A DNA stretch of 63,938 bases, counting the filler, from Reclinomonas americana ATCC 50394 (lineage: Eukaryota), in NCBI GenBank assembly GCA_048213135.1. It is 6 parts of 2 records of this genome, joined end to end, with 100 filler letters (N's around TTAATTAATTAA, not from the genome) between each part and the next. Parts side by side here need not be neighbours in the genome. Positions count along the whole stretch, not along the records: positions 51,580 to 55,531 come from PS015394.1; positions 55,632 to 62,472 come from PS015394.1; positions 62,573 to 63,938 come from PS015415.1; 3 more parts are not named here. The stretch is one strand, 5' to 3'. Shown here one piece after another: positions 52,445-63,938 of this stretch. The notes beneath the pieces were generated by a model, which was given only the letters and a program-made list of their open reading frames with translations, was not told the DNA's origin and made no database searches. Every line of letters begins with the position of its first letter. Within the stretch, counting starts at the first letter, position 1. Both the position numbers and the translations under genes were made by a program.

Positions 52445-53324
52445 TTACAGGCGCGCGGCGTGTTCGTCCTTATCGCGCAGGGCGACAGCCAGCTGAGCCT
52501 GCAGCTGCTCGTGAGCTTGCAGCAGCTCCGCGACTCGCAGCTCCAGTTGGGCATTCTTCTCCTGCTCCTCAGCCTTGCCTCGTTCAAGCACTGCGTTGGC
52601 TTGCTGCAACTGCGTGACGACGTCTTGGTGTTCTCGTCGCTGCCGATCCCACTCCCGCTGCTGCTCCACTCGCTCCTGCTGCGCTGCGGCAAGATCGCGC
52701 TGGAGTTGCGCAAGGAGTGCGTCCTTGTCGGCGAGCTGGCGTGCGACGGTGGGATCATCAACAGCCGACTGTGATTTACGAGAGTGCGGGGGAGACACGG
52801 AGCGGATGTGAGAAGTGAGTTTCACGAGCAACAAGAAGCAGAGAGAGGCACTCTCCTCCGTCTCACCTGGCGTGCTGGCACTGCATATTCGCCAGGAACG
52901 ACACACAAGGACAAACACAGGTGGTGGAGCGTGAGCACGAGCACAATATGCCAATAGACATAATAGAGATCATACCTGCAGGAGGCGGGGATCGCGGCTG
53001 CTGTTGTTGCTGTTGACGTGGTGATGCTGGTTGCGCAGCGAGGCGATCGAGCAACTCGGCCACTTGCTGCTTCCTGTTGTCACGTGCCCATTGAGCCGCC
53101 GTCTTGCCCTTCTTGTTGACCATGGGAATGAGGTCGGGGAAGCGAGTGGCGAGGAGTCGCACAACGGCTTCGTGGCCATTCGCGGCAACATAATGCAGAG
53201 CAGTGGACTGTGGATTGTAGTCACGGCCATTGGAGACCGCCCGCACCATCTCCGGCGGACATCGTCGCTCATCGGCAAGCAACCACTCCACCACGTGCAG
53301 TCGCCCATCGCCGGCAGCAAGCAT
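52445..53324 (-). CDS. Ankyrin/coiled-coil paralog without kinase domain (body A)
   Basis: Ankyrin and Q-rich coiled-coil exons homologous to the kinase copies. Similarity stops at ALRDKDEHAARL*, and no kinase exons follow in 51580-52444. Confidence 0.78.
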
Positions 53325-54059
53325 NNNNNNNNNNNNNNNNNNNNNNNNNNNNNNNNNNNNNNNNNNNNNNNNNNNNNNNNNNNNNNNNNNNNNNNNNNNN
53401 NNNNNNNNNNNNNNNNNNNNNNNNNNNNNNNNNNNNNNNNNNNNNNNNNNNNNNNNNNNNNNNNNNNNNNNNNNNNNNNNNNNNNNNNNNNNNNNNNNNN
53501 NNNNNNNNNNNNNNNNNNNNNNNNNNNNNNNNNNNNNNNNNNNNNNNNNNNNNNNNNNNNNNNNNNNNNNNNNNNNNNNNNNNNNNNNNNNNNNNNNNNN
53601 NNNNNNNNNNNNNNNNNNNNNNNNNNNNNNNNNNNNNNNNNNNNNNNNNNNNNNNNNNNNNNNNNNNNNNNNNNNNNNNNNNNNNNNNNNNNNNNNNNNN
53701 NNNNNNNNNNNNNNNNNNNNNNNNNNNNNNNNNNNNNNNNNNNNNNNNNNNNNNNNNNNNNNNNNNNNNNNNNNNNNNNNNNNNNNNNNNNNNNNNNNNN
53801 NNNNNNNNNNNNNNNNNNNNNNNNNNNNNNNNNNNNNNNNNNNNNNNNNNNNNNNNNNNNNNNNNNNNNNNNNNNNNNNNNNNNNNNNNNNNNNNNNNNN
53901 NNNNNNNNNNNNNNNNNNNNNNNNNNNNNNNNNNNNNNNNNNNNNNNNNNNNNNNNNNNNNNNNNNNNNNNNNNNNNNNNNNNNNNNNNNNNNNNNNNNN
54001 NNNNNNNNNNNNNNNNNNNNNNNNNNNNNNNNNNNNNNNNNNNNNNNNNNNNNNNNNNN

Positions 54060-55531
54060 TCGCGCAGGCGACCGAGGGTGGCAACCTGCGAGGATGGGAA
54101 GAAGAAGGATGAGGAGGAGAGTGGGAAAAAACAGGAGAGGGAGAGACACAGACCTCACTCTCAAACGACTCCAAAGTCCACGGTGCTTCGGGATCGAGCA
54201 CCTTGATGGCCACGTGCATCTCGCGAAGCAGAGTGATGAACACGGCACCTTGGCCACCCTCGCCGACCTTGAGGCGGGGTGAGAATGAATTGGTGGCTTG
54301 CACGATCTCGGGCCACTCGAAGCGCTGCACGGCGGTGTCGACTATGGAGAGTGGGTAATGGGAAGTGAGAAATGGGGTGAGAATGAAGGATGTTGAACAC
54401 TGAGATGAAGACAGAAAGAGGGCAAGAGACGCAGACCTTGAGTGAGGAGGAGATCCTGTCGCAGCTGGGAGATGAGTTGATCCTTCTCTTGCAGCTGCGC
54501 GGTGAGATCGTCCTTGTCGCGCAGAGCCGCAGTCAGCTGAGCCTGCAGATGGCCATGAGCTTGCTGCCACTCCGTCAGAGTCTGCTGCAACTGGGCGTTC
54601 TTCTGCTGCTCAGTGGCGTGAGCTCGCTGCCATTCCGAGTTAGCTTGCTGCAACAGGGCATTCTTCTGCTGCTCACTGGCATGAGCTCGTTGCCACTCCG
54701 TGTTGGCTTGCTGCATTTGGGCGACCTTGTGCTGCTCATCAACCTTGGCTCGCTCAAGCTCCGCGTTGATTCGCTGCAACTGGGCATTTTTCTGCACCTC
54801 TTCGGCCTTGCCTCCTTCGAACTCTGCATTGGCTTGCTGCATCTGAGCGATGATTTCTTCGAGATCTCGTCGCTGTCGGTCCCATTCCCGCTGCTGCTGT
54901 TGTCGCTCCTGCTGCGCTGCCACCAGATCGCGCTGCAGTTGCGCAAGGAGTGCGTCCTTGTCGGCGAGCTGCCGTGCGACGGTGGGATCATCAACAGCCG
55001 ACTGCATTTTTAACGAGAGACACGGAACGGATGTGAGAAGTGAGTTTCACGAGCAACAGGAAGCAGAGAGTGGCACTCTTCGTCTCACCTGCCGTGCTGG
55101 TGCTGCATATTCGCCAGGAATGACACACAAGGACAAACACAGGTGGTGGAGCGTGAGCACGAGCACAACATGCCAACAAACGTAGAGGTCATACCCGCAG
55201 GAGGCTGGGATCGCGGCTGCTGTTGCTGTTGGTGGCGTGGTGGTGCTGGTTGTGCAGCAAGGCGGTCAAGCAAGTTGGCCACTTGCTGCTTTCTCGTGTC
55301 GCGTGCCCATTGAGCCGCCGTCTTGCCCGGCCTGTTGACCATGGGAATGAGGTCGGGGAAACGAGTGGCGAGGAGTCGCACAACGGCTTCGTGGCCGTTC
55401 TTGGCAGCCCAATGAAGAGCAGTGGACTGGCTGTCATTGGTGACCGCCTGCACCATCTCCGGCGGACATCGTCGCTCATCGGCAAGCAGCCACTCCACCA
55501 CTTGCAGATGCCCATTCATGGCAGCCGTCAA
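54060..55531 (-). CDS. Ankyrin/coiled-coil/IRAK-Pelle-like kinase, body B (ankyrins to kinase subdomain IV)
   Basis: STALHWAAKNGHEAVVRLL, coiled coil, then QRFEWPEIVQATNSFSPRLKVGEGGQGAVF, VAIK, FESEVATLGRLR. Ends in GA, which joins C-CGT at 62472. Confidence 0.85.
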
Positions 55532-55631
55532 NNNNNNNNNNNNNNNNNNNNNNNNNNNNNNNNNNNNNNNNNNNNTTAATTAATTAANNNNNNNNNNNNN
55601 NNNNNNNNNNNNNNNNNNNNNNNNNNNNNNN
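55532..55631. other. Artificial scaffold linker
   Basis: N44-TTAATTAATTAA-N44, interrupting an ankyrin repeat right after GWTPL. Confidence 0.97.
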
Positions 55632-55959
55632 CAGTGGCGTCCAACCATAGTCGTCGACCATTTGTGCGAGTTGTGGCCCGACGCCACTCTCCTCCCACAA
55701 ATACTCCAACACAGAGAGATGGCCATAGGCAGCGGCACAGTATAATGCCGAGCTGCCAACAACATCCATCTCCTCTCTCTTCAGCAGTGTTTGTGCGCCC
55801 TCACGCGCCACCAACTCGCGCAGTGCCTTCACATCGCCATCCTTCGCCATCTCGAATGCCTTCTTCCGAGGAGCACTGCCACCAAAGAGGCAAAAGCAGA
55901 AGCGCGAGTGAGATAGTAAAAGAGAGAACGCCACCTGACAACATCACAGCACACCTCAT
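55632..55959 (-). CDS. N-terminal ankyrin exons of an array member (belongs to body A or B)
   Basis: Inferred micro-exon ATGAG, intron, then APRKKAFEMAKDGDVKALRELV...GSSALYCAAAYGHLSVLEYL...GWTPL. Confidence 0.8.
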
Positions 55960-57327
55960 TTTCTGAGAGAAAACAACAGCAGCAGCTCTCTGTCTCTCTC
56001 TCACACACACACACACTCCCTCTCTCTCTCTCTCTTTGCCTTCTCCTCACACACTAATCCGTATGCCTTCGTTGTTTATTCCGATTGTCCTGCTCCAGCG
56101 GACATACCACAAGACGTTGTGTTGTCGCCATAACTCGCGACGAGCAGAGATCAGTGGAGTGTGGATGGCTACATATCATATAACAAGATCTACCCTCGTT
56201 TTCTAACATGAGATTGTGTCAACTGCAAGCCAGCAACAAGACATTTGCCCCGATCAAGCATCATTCCTCGTTGACCCGCAAGGCCAGTGCATTCCTCTCG
56301 TGACTGNNNNNNNNNNNNNNNNNNNNNNNNNNNNNNNNNNNNNNNNNNNNNNNNNNNNNNNNNNNNNNNNNNNNNNNNNNNNNNNNNNNNNNNNNNNNNN
56401 NNNNNNNNNNNNNNNNNNNNNNNNNNNNNNNNNNNNNNNNNNNNNNNNNNNNNNNNNNNNNNNNNNNNNNNNNNNNNNNNNNNNNNNNNNNNNNNNNNNN
56501 NNNNNNNNNNNNNNNNNNNNNNNNNNNNNNNNNNNNNNNNNNNNNNNNNNNNNNNNNNNNNNNNNNNNNNNNNNNNNNNNNNNNNNNNNNNNNNNNNNNN
56601 NNNNNNNNNNNNNNNNNNNNNNNNNNNNNNNNNNNNNNNNNNNNNNNNNNNNNNNNNNNNNNNNNNNNNNNNNNNNNNNNNNNNNNNNNNNNNNNNNNNN
56701 NNNNNNNNNNNNNNNNNNNNNNNNNNNNNNNNNNNNNNNNNNNNNNNNNNNNNNNNNNNNNNNNNNNNNNNNNNNNNNNNNNNNNNNNNNNNNNNNNNNN
56801 NNNNNNNNNNNNNNNNNNNNNNNNNNNNNNNNNNNNNNNNNNNNNNNNNNNNNNNNNNNNNNNNNNNNNNNNNNNNNNNNNNNNNNNNNNNNNNNNNNNN
56901 NNNNNNNNNNNNNNNNNNNNNNNNNNNNNNNNNNNNNNNNNNNNNNNNNNNNNNNNNNNNNNNNNNNNNNNNNNNNNNNNNNNNNNNNNNNNNNNNNNNN
57001 NNNNNNNNNNNNNNNNNNNNNNNNNNNNNNNNNNNNNNNNNNNNNNNNNNNNNNNNNNNNNNNNNNNNNNNNNNNNNNNNNNNNNNNNNNNNNNNNNNNN
57101 NNNNNNNNNNNNNNNNNNNNNNNNNNNNNNNNNNNNNNNNNNNNNNNNNNNNNNNNNNNNNNNNNNNNNNNNNNNNNNNNNNNNNNNNNNNNNNNNNNNN
57201 NNNNNNNNNNNNNNNNNNNNNNNNNNNNNNNNNNNNNNNNNNNNNNNNNNNNNNNNNNNNNNNNNNNNNNNNNNNNNNNNNNNNNNNNNNNNNNNNNNCC
57301 TTTGACTCATTTTCACTTACATTCATC

Positions 57328-60138
57328 TCAAAGCTCCAGCGTAAACTGCCCACACGCCTCGCGCAGTGCACGCATCATATCAAGCACCTCCTGTGAGGTC
57401 GGCCGATCAGGGCGCATGGTCATGCATCGCATGCCGAGTTCAAACATCGGTTCGGCGATGCGCGGCGTCCACTCTGCTCCACTGTCCACCAGTTCCATGA
57501 CGCGCAACGAGGCTGGCGAGTCGTCCCACTCCACAGACCAATCCACCACTGTGGCGACGGGTTTGCCAGTGACCAGCTGGACGAGAACCACACCCATGCT
57601 GTACACGTCGTGCTTGGGTTGTGGACGACGCACACGCATCGCCATGGGGTCCATATAATCCAGGGTGCCGGCGACGGTTGTTGTCTGTGAGATGGGAGGA
57701 GGTGAGAGGGAGGAAGGAAGAGAGCGAGAGGAAAGGTGAAGCTAGCAGACCTTGCCGTCAACAATCGACCTTGCGATGCCAAAGTCACCGAGACATGGCT
57801 CCAGTCGGTGATCGAGGAGCACATTGGAGGGCTTGATGTCGCGGTGCACCACGTTGTTCTGCGAGGAGAGGTGAGGCGAGGAACAAAGCATGAAAGACAA
57901 CAGTGAAAACAGGAGAAAGTGAGAGAGACTTGGAGAGACACGAACAGCACGAGAGCGGCAAGGAGAGAGGAGAGAAGAAGGGCAAGAACAGATAGCAATG
58001 GCTATTCAGAGAGACAACACGTGAGAGTGGGAGAGACAAAAACAGCGAACGAGCGACGAGGAGAGAAGAGGAAGATCGGGTGACGAGAAGGTGAATGGGA
58101 AATGGAGGATGGTTTCCACATCGCACAAACCTTGTGCAGGAACACCACCGCCTCGGCCAGTCCGAGACCAATCTGCACACGCTGCACGACAGAGAGTGGT
58201 GCACGACCGGCGCGTGGCAGTAGCAACAGATCCTCCAAGTTGGGAACTCTGTGTGCTCTCACAGTGAGATGATGATGGAGAAAGTGAGAAGGAGAAGGAA
58301 GAGATGGAACACGCACTGCAGGGCCTTGTAGACGAGACAGCGCGCCTTGTCATCGCCCACCGAGTAGCCGACAAGTGGCACAATGCGACGATCACGCAGG
58401 CGTCCGAGGGTGGCCACCTGCGAGATGGGAAGAAGGGTGAGGAGAAAGTGAGAGAGGGGAAACAGGAGAGAGGAAAGAGACAGACCTCACTCTCAAACGA
58501 CTCCATCGTCCACGGCGCAGCGGGATCGAGCACCTTGATGGCCACGTGCATCTCGCGAAGGATGGAGATGAAGACGGCGCCCTGGCCACCCTCGCCCACC
58601 TTGAGACGGGGGGAGAATGAGTCAGTGGCATGCACGATCTCGGGCCACTCGAAGCGCTGCACGGCAGTGTCGACTGTGGAGAGTGGGTAATGGGAGGTGA
58701 GAATGGGTGAAAGTGAAGGATGCTGACCACTAATATGAAGAAAGAAAGAGGGGAAGAGAAATACCTTGGGTAAGGAGAAGATCCTGTCGCAGCTGGGAGA
58801 CGAGTTGATCCTTCTCTTGCAGCTGCGTTGCGAGGTCGTCCTTGTCGCGCAAAGCCGCAGTCAGCTGAGCTTGCATTTGGCCATGAGCTAGCTGCCACTC
58901 CACATTGGCTTGTTGCAACTGGGCATTCCTCTGCTGCTCACTGGCATGAGCTCGTTGCCATTCAGTGTTGGCTTGTTGCAATTGAACATTCTTCTGCTGC
59001 TCCTCAGCCTTGGCTCGCTCAAGCTCCGCGTTGGCTTGCTGCAACTGGGCATTCTTTTGTTGCTCTCCGTCCATCCCTCGCTCAAGCACTGCGTTGGCTT
59101 GCTGCAGCTGAGCGACAATGTCTTCGTGCTCTCGTCGCTGTCGATCCCACTCTCGCTGCTGCTGTTGTCGCTCCTGTTGTGCTGCGGCAAGATCGCGCTG
59201 CAGTTGCGCAAGGAGTGCGTCCATGTCGGCGAGCTGGCGTGCGACGGTGGGATCATCGCCAGCCGACTGCTATTTACGACAGTGAGGGAGACACGGAACG
59301 GATGTGAGAAGTAAGTTTCACGAGCAACAGGAAGCAGAGAGTGGCTCTCCGTCTCACCTGGCGTGCTGGTGCTGCATATTCGCCAGGAACGACACACAAG
59401 GACAAACACAGGTAGTGGAGCGTGAGCATGAACACAACATGCCAGCAGACGTAATAGAGGACATACCTGGAGGCGGGGATCGCGCCTGCTGTTGTTGCTG
59501 TTGGCGTGGTGGTGCTGGTTGCACAGCGAGGCGGTCGAGCAAGTCGGCTACTTGCTGCCTGTCACAGTCACGTGCCCACTGAGCCGCCGTCTTGCCATAC
59601 TTGTTGACCATGGGAATGAGGTCGGGGAAGCGAGTGGCGAGGAGTCGCACAACGGCTTCGTGGCCTTGCCATGCAGCCCAATGCAACGCAGTGGACTGTG
59701 GACTGTAGTCACTGTCATTGGTGACCGCCCGCACCATCTCCGACGGACATCGTCGCTCATCGGCAAGCAACCACTCCGCCACTTGCAGATGCCCCCCGCA
59801 GGCAGCCCGCATCAGTGGCGTCCAGCCATTGTCGTCGACCATTTGTGCGAGTTGTGGCCCGATACCACTCTCCTCCCACAAATACTCCAACACAGAGAGA
59901 TGGCCAAGCGCAGCGGCAATGAAAAATGCCGAGCCGCCATCCAATCCCATCTTCTCTCTCTTCAGCAGAGTGTGTGCGCCCTCACGCGCCACCAACTCGC
60001 GCAGTGCCTTCACATCGCCTTCCCTTCCCATCACGAATGCTTTCTTTCGACGAGCACTGCCACCAAAGAGGCAAAAGCAGAAGCGCGAGTGAGAGTGAGT
60101 GAGAGAATGCCACCTGACAACATCATAGCACACCTCAT
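57328..60138 (-). CDS. Complete ankyrin/coiled-coil/IRAK-Pelle(RLK)-like Ser/Thr kinase (copy C)
   Basis: About 4-5 ankyrin repeats, coiled coil, then kinase motifs [83 protein letters not shown]. Confidence 0.9.
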
Positions 60139-60518
60139 TTTCTTTGAGAGAAAACAACAGCAGCAGCTCTCTGTCTCTCTCACACACACACACTCTCTCT
60201 CTCTCTCTCTCTCTTTGCCTTCTCCTCACACACTAATCCGTATGCCTTCGTTGTTTATTCCGATTGTCCTGCTCCAGCGGACATACCACAAGACGTTCGT
60301 TGTGTTGTCGCCATAACTCGCGACGAGCAGAGATCAGTGGAGTGTGGATGGCTACATATCATATAACAAGATCTACCCTCGTTTTCTAACATGAGATTGT
60401 GTCAACTGCAAGCCAGCAACAAATCATTCCACCCGATCAAACATCATTCCTCGTTGACCCGCAAGGCCAGTGCATTCCTCTCGTGACTGCCTTTGACTCA
60501 TTCTCACTTACATTCATC

Positions 60519-62472
<1,954 letters not shown>

Positions 62473-62572
62473 NNNNNNNNNNNNNNNNNNNNNNNNNNNN
62501 NNNNNNNNNNNNNNNNTTAATTAATTAANNNNNNNNNNNNNNNNNNNNNNNNNNNNNNNNNNNNNNNNNNNN
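62473..62572. other. Artificial scaffold linker
   Basis: N44-TTAATTAATTAA-N44. Confidence 0.97.
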
Positions 62573-62780
62573 TCTTCCTCGTCACATACCCTCGTTGTTG
62601 ACATTCTTTGTCTCTCGTGATTTGCTGAAGAATGAGATTGGTGCAGGACCGACGTCTTTGCATTCCTATCCCCACGTTTTCTGTTGCCGCTCCACCATGA
62701 ACTCACGTTCTGCATTCTGTATTCATTCCCTTCATTCAAGTACACTCTATGCCATGACGTCGGAAGGAGACCTTCTCAGG

Positions 62781-63848
62781 TCACGGATCAGCGAGCCTTC
62801 TGTACACCACTACCTCTGCCTCCTCCACAATGAAACAACGCAGCACCATCTCCGGCAGGCAACGCGAATCCACCAGCTCTTCCTCTTCTTCTCCTTCTTC
62901 CTCCTTTCCCTCTTGGATCTCCTGCACGGCGCGCATGGCCACTCGCGCCACGCGAAGCTCCTCCCGCGCAAGGCCACTCGTCGACAGCCACACTCGCACG
63001 GCGCAATCCCACCCGCCACTCACCACGTGCTGCCCGCGGGGAACAACGGCCACCGAGGTCACCGCTTCAGACATCTCCCCCAACCGACGCACCTCCTCCC
63101 CCGCCGCCATCGACCACACTCGCACGGTTTTGTCTTGACTGCCGGTGACGAGGTGCTGATCGTCGGCAGTGACAGCGACAGAGAACACCCAGTCAGTGTG
63201 CCCCTCGAACCGCCGCACCTCGTCCCCGCTCGCCAGTGACCACACTCGCACAGTCATGTCTGAGCTGCCGCTCACCACATGCTGACTGTCGTGAGTGATG
63301 GCAACGGAGAGCACCGCATCCGTGTGCCCCGCCAACCGTCGCACCTTTTCTCCGGTGGCCAGTGACCACACTCGAATCTTGTTATCATGCTCGCCACCGC
63401 CACTCACAATGTGCTCCCCATCTGGGGAGATGTCGACACAGTGCACTGCCTGCGTGTGTCCCTCCAACCGTCGCACTTGCTTTCTGCTCTCGATGGACCA
63501 CACTCGCACTGTCCTGTCCTCACTCCCGCTCACGACATGCTGGCCATCTGGAGCCACCGCGACAGAGAACACCCACGCAGTGTGCTCCTTCCATCGTCGC
63601 ACCTGTTCGCCACTTGAAATATCCCACACGCGCACTGTCTTGTCCACACTGCCACTCACAATGTGTTGGCCATTGGGCGAGACGGCGACAGAGAGAACGG
63701 GACCAGAGTGCCTCTCCAGCCGGCGCACCTCTCTCCCATTGGTAAGTGACCACACTCGCACAGTGCTGTCGGAACCGCCGCTGACTGCATGCAGACTGTC
63801 GGGAGTGATGGCGACAGACCACACTCCACCAATGTGTCCCTCCAGCAC
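62781..63848 (-). CDS. WD40 protein, last exon (7 regular repeats plus helical tail)
   Basis: Regular ~42-aa units VRRLEGHT..V.SVAV.PDGQHVVSGS.DKTVRVWS. Acceptor AG at 63849-63850; the 5' exons lie outside the window. Confidence 0.9.
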   Translation of the reverse strand: MLEGHIGGVWSVAITPDSLHAVSGGSDSTVRVWSLTNGREVRRLERHSGPVLSVAVSPNGQHIVSGSVDKTVRVWDISSGEQVRRWKEHTAWVFSVAVAPDGQHVVSGSEDRTVRVWSIESRKQVRRLEGHTQAVHCVDISPDGEHIVSGGGEHDNKIRVWSLATGEKVRRLAGHTDAVLSVAITHDSQHVVSGSSDMTVRVWSLASGDEVRRFEGHTDWVFSVAVTADDQHLVTGSQDKTVRVWSMAAGEEVRRLGEMSEAVTSVAVVPRGQHVVSGGWDCAVRVWLSTSGLAREELRVARVAMRAVQEIQEGKEEEGEEEEELVDSRCLPEMVLRCFIVEEAEVVVYRRLADP

Positions 63849-63938
63849 CTGCTTGGCGCACAGTGTGAGCAGGTGTGTGCACAGGCCAAGTCTATTTACC
63901 TCTCTCTCTCTCGTCTCTCGTCTCTCTACTGTCATAAC

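Overview
Eukaryotic nuclear scaffold, most likely a protist: standard genetic code, GT-AG spliceosomal introns, CA/GA microsatellites. It has many N gaps and five artificial 100-nt TTAATTAATTAA linkers. Many gaps hide no sequence, because coding frames join base-perfectly across them. Several contigs are flipped or misplaced, so genes must be rebuilt. Once rebuilt, the window holds in order: a WD40 gene, tyrosine aminotransferase with an intron-nested tRNA-Thr(UGU), Bud32/TP53RK, a second WD40 gene, a PPR gene, a giant NACHT-pentapeptide-WD40 NLR-like gene, an OFCC1/ojoplano-like membrane protein, two tandem F-box genes with an unrecognised helical repeat, a ~16-kb ankyrin-repeat gene, a tandem array of ankyrin/coiled-coil/IRAK-Pelle(RLK)-like kinases, and a terminal WD40 gene. 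The most striking signal is the kinase array. Its ankyrin binding-surface residues are hypervariable while intergenic DNA is almost identical, its coiled-coil repeat number varies, and one copy lacks the kinase. This looks like a candidate cytosolic immune-receptor system. All family assignments come from motif recognition by eye; no database searches were run.
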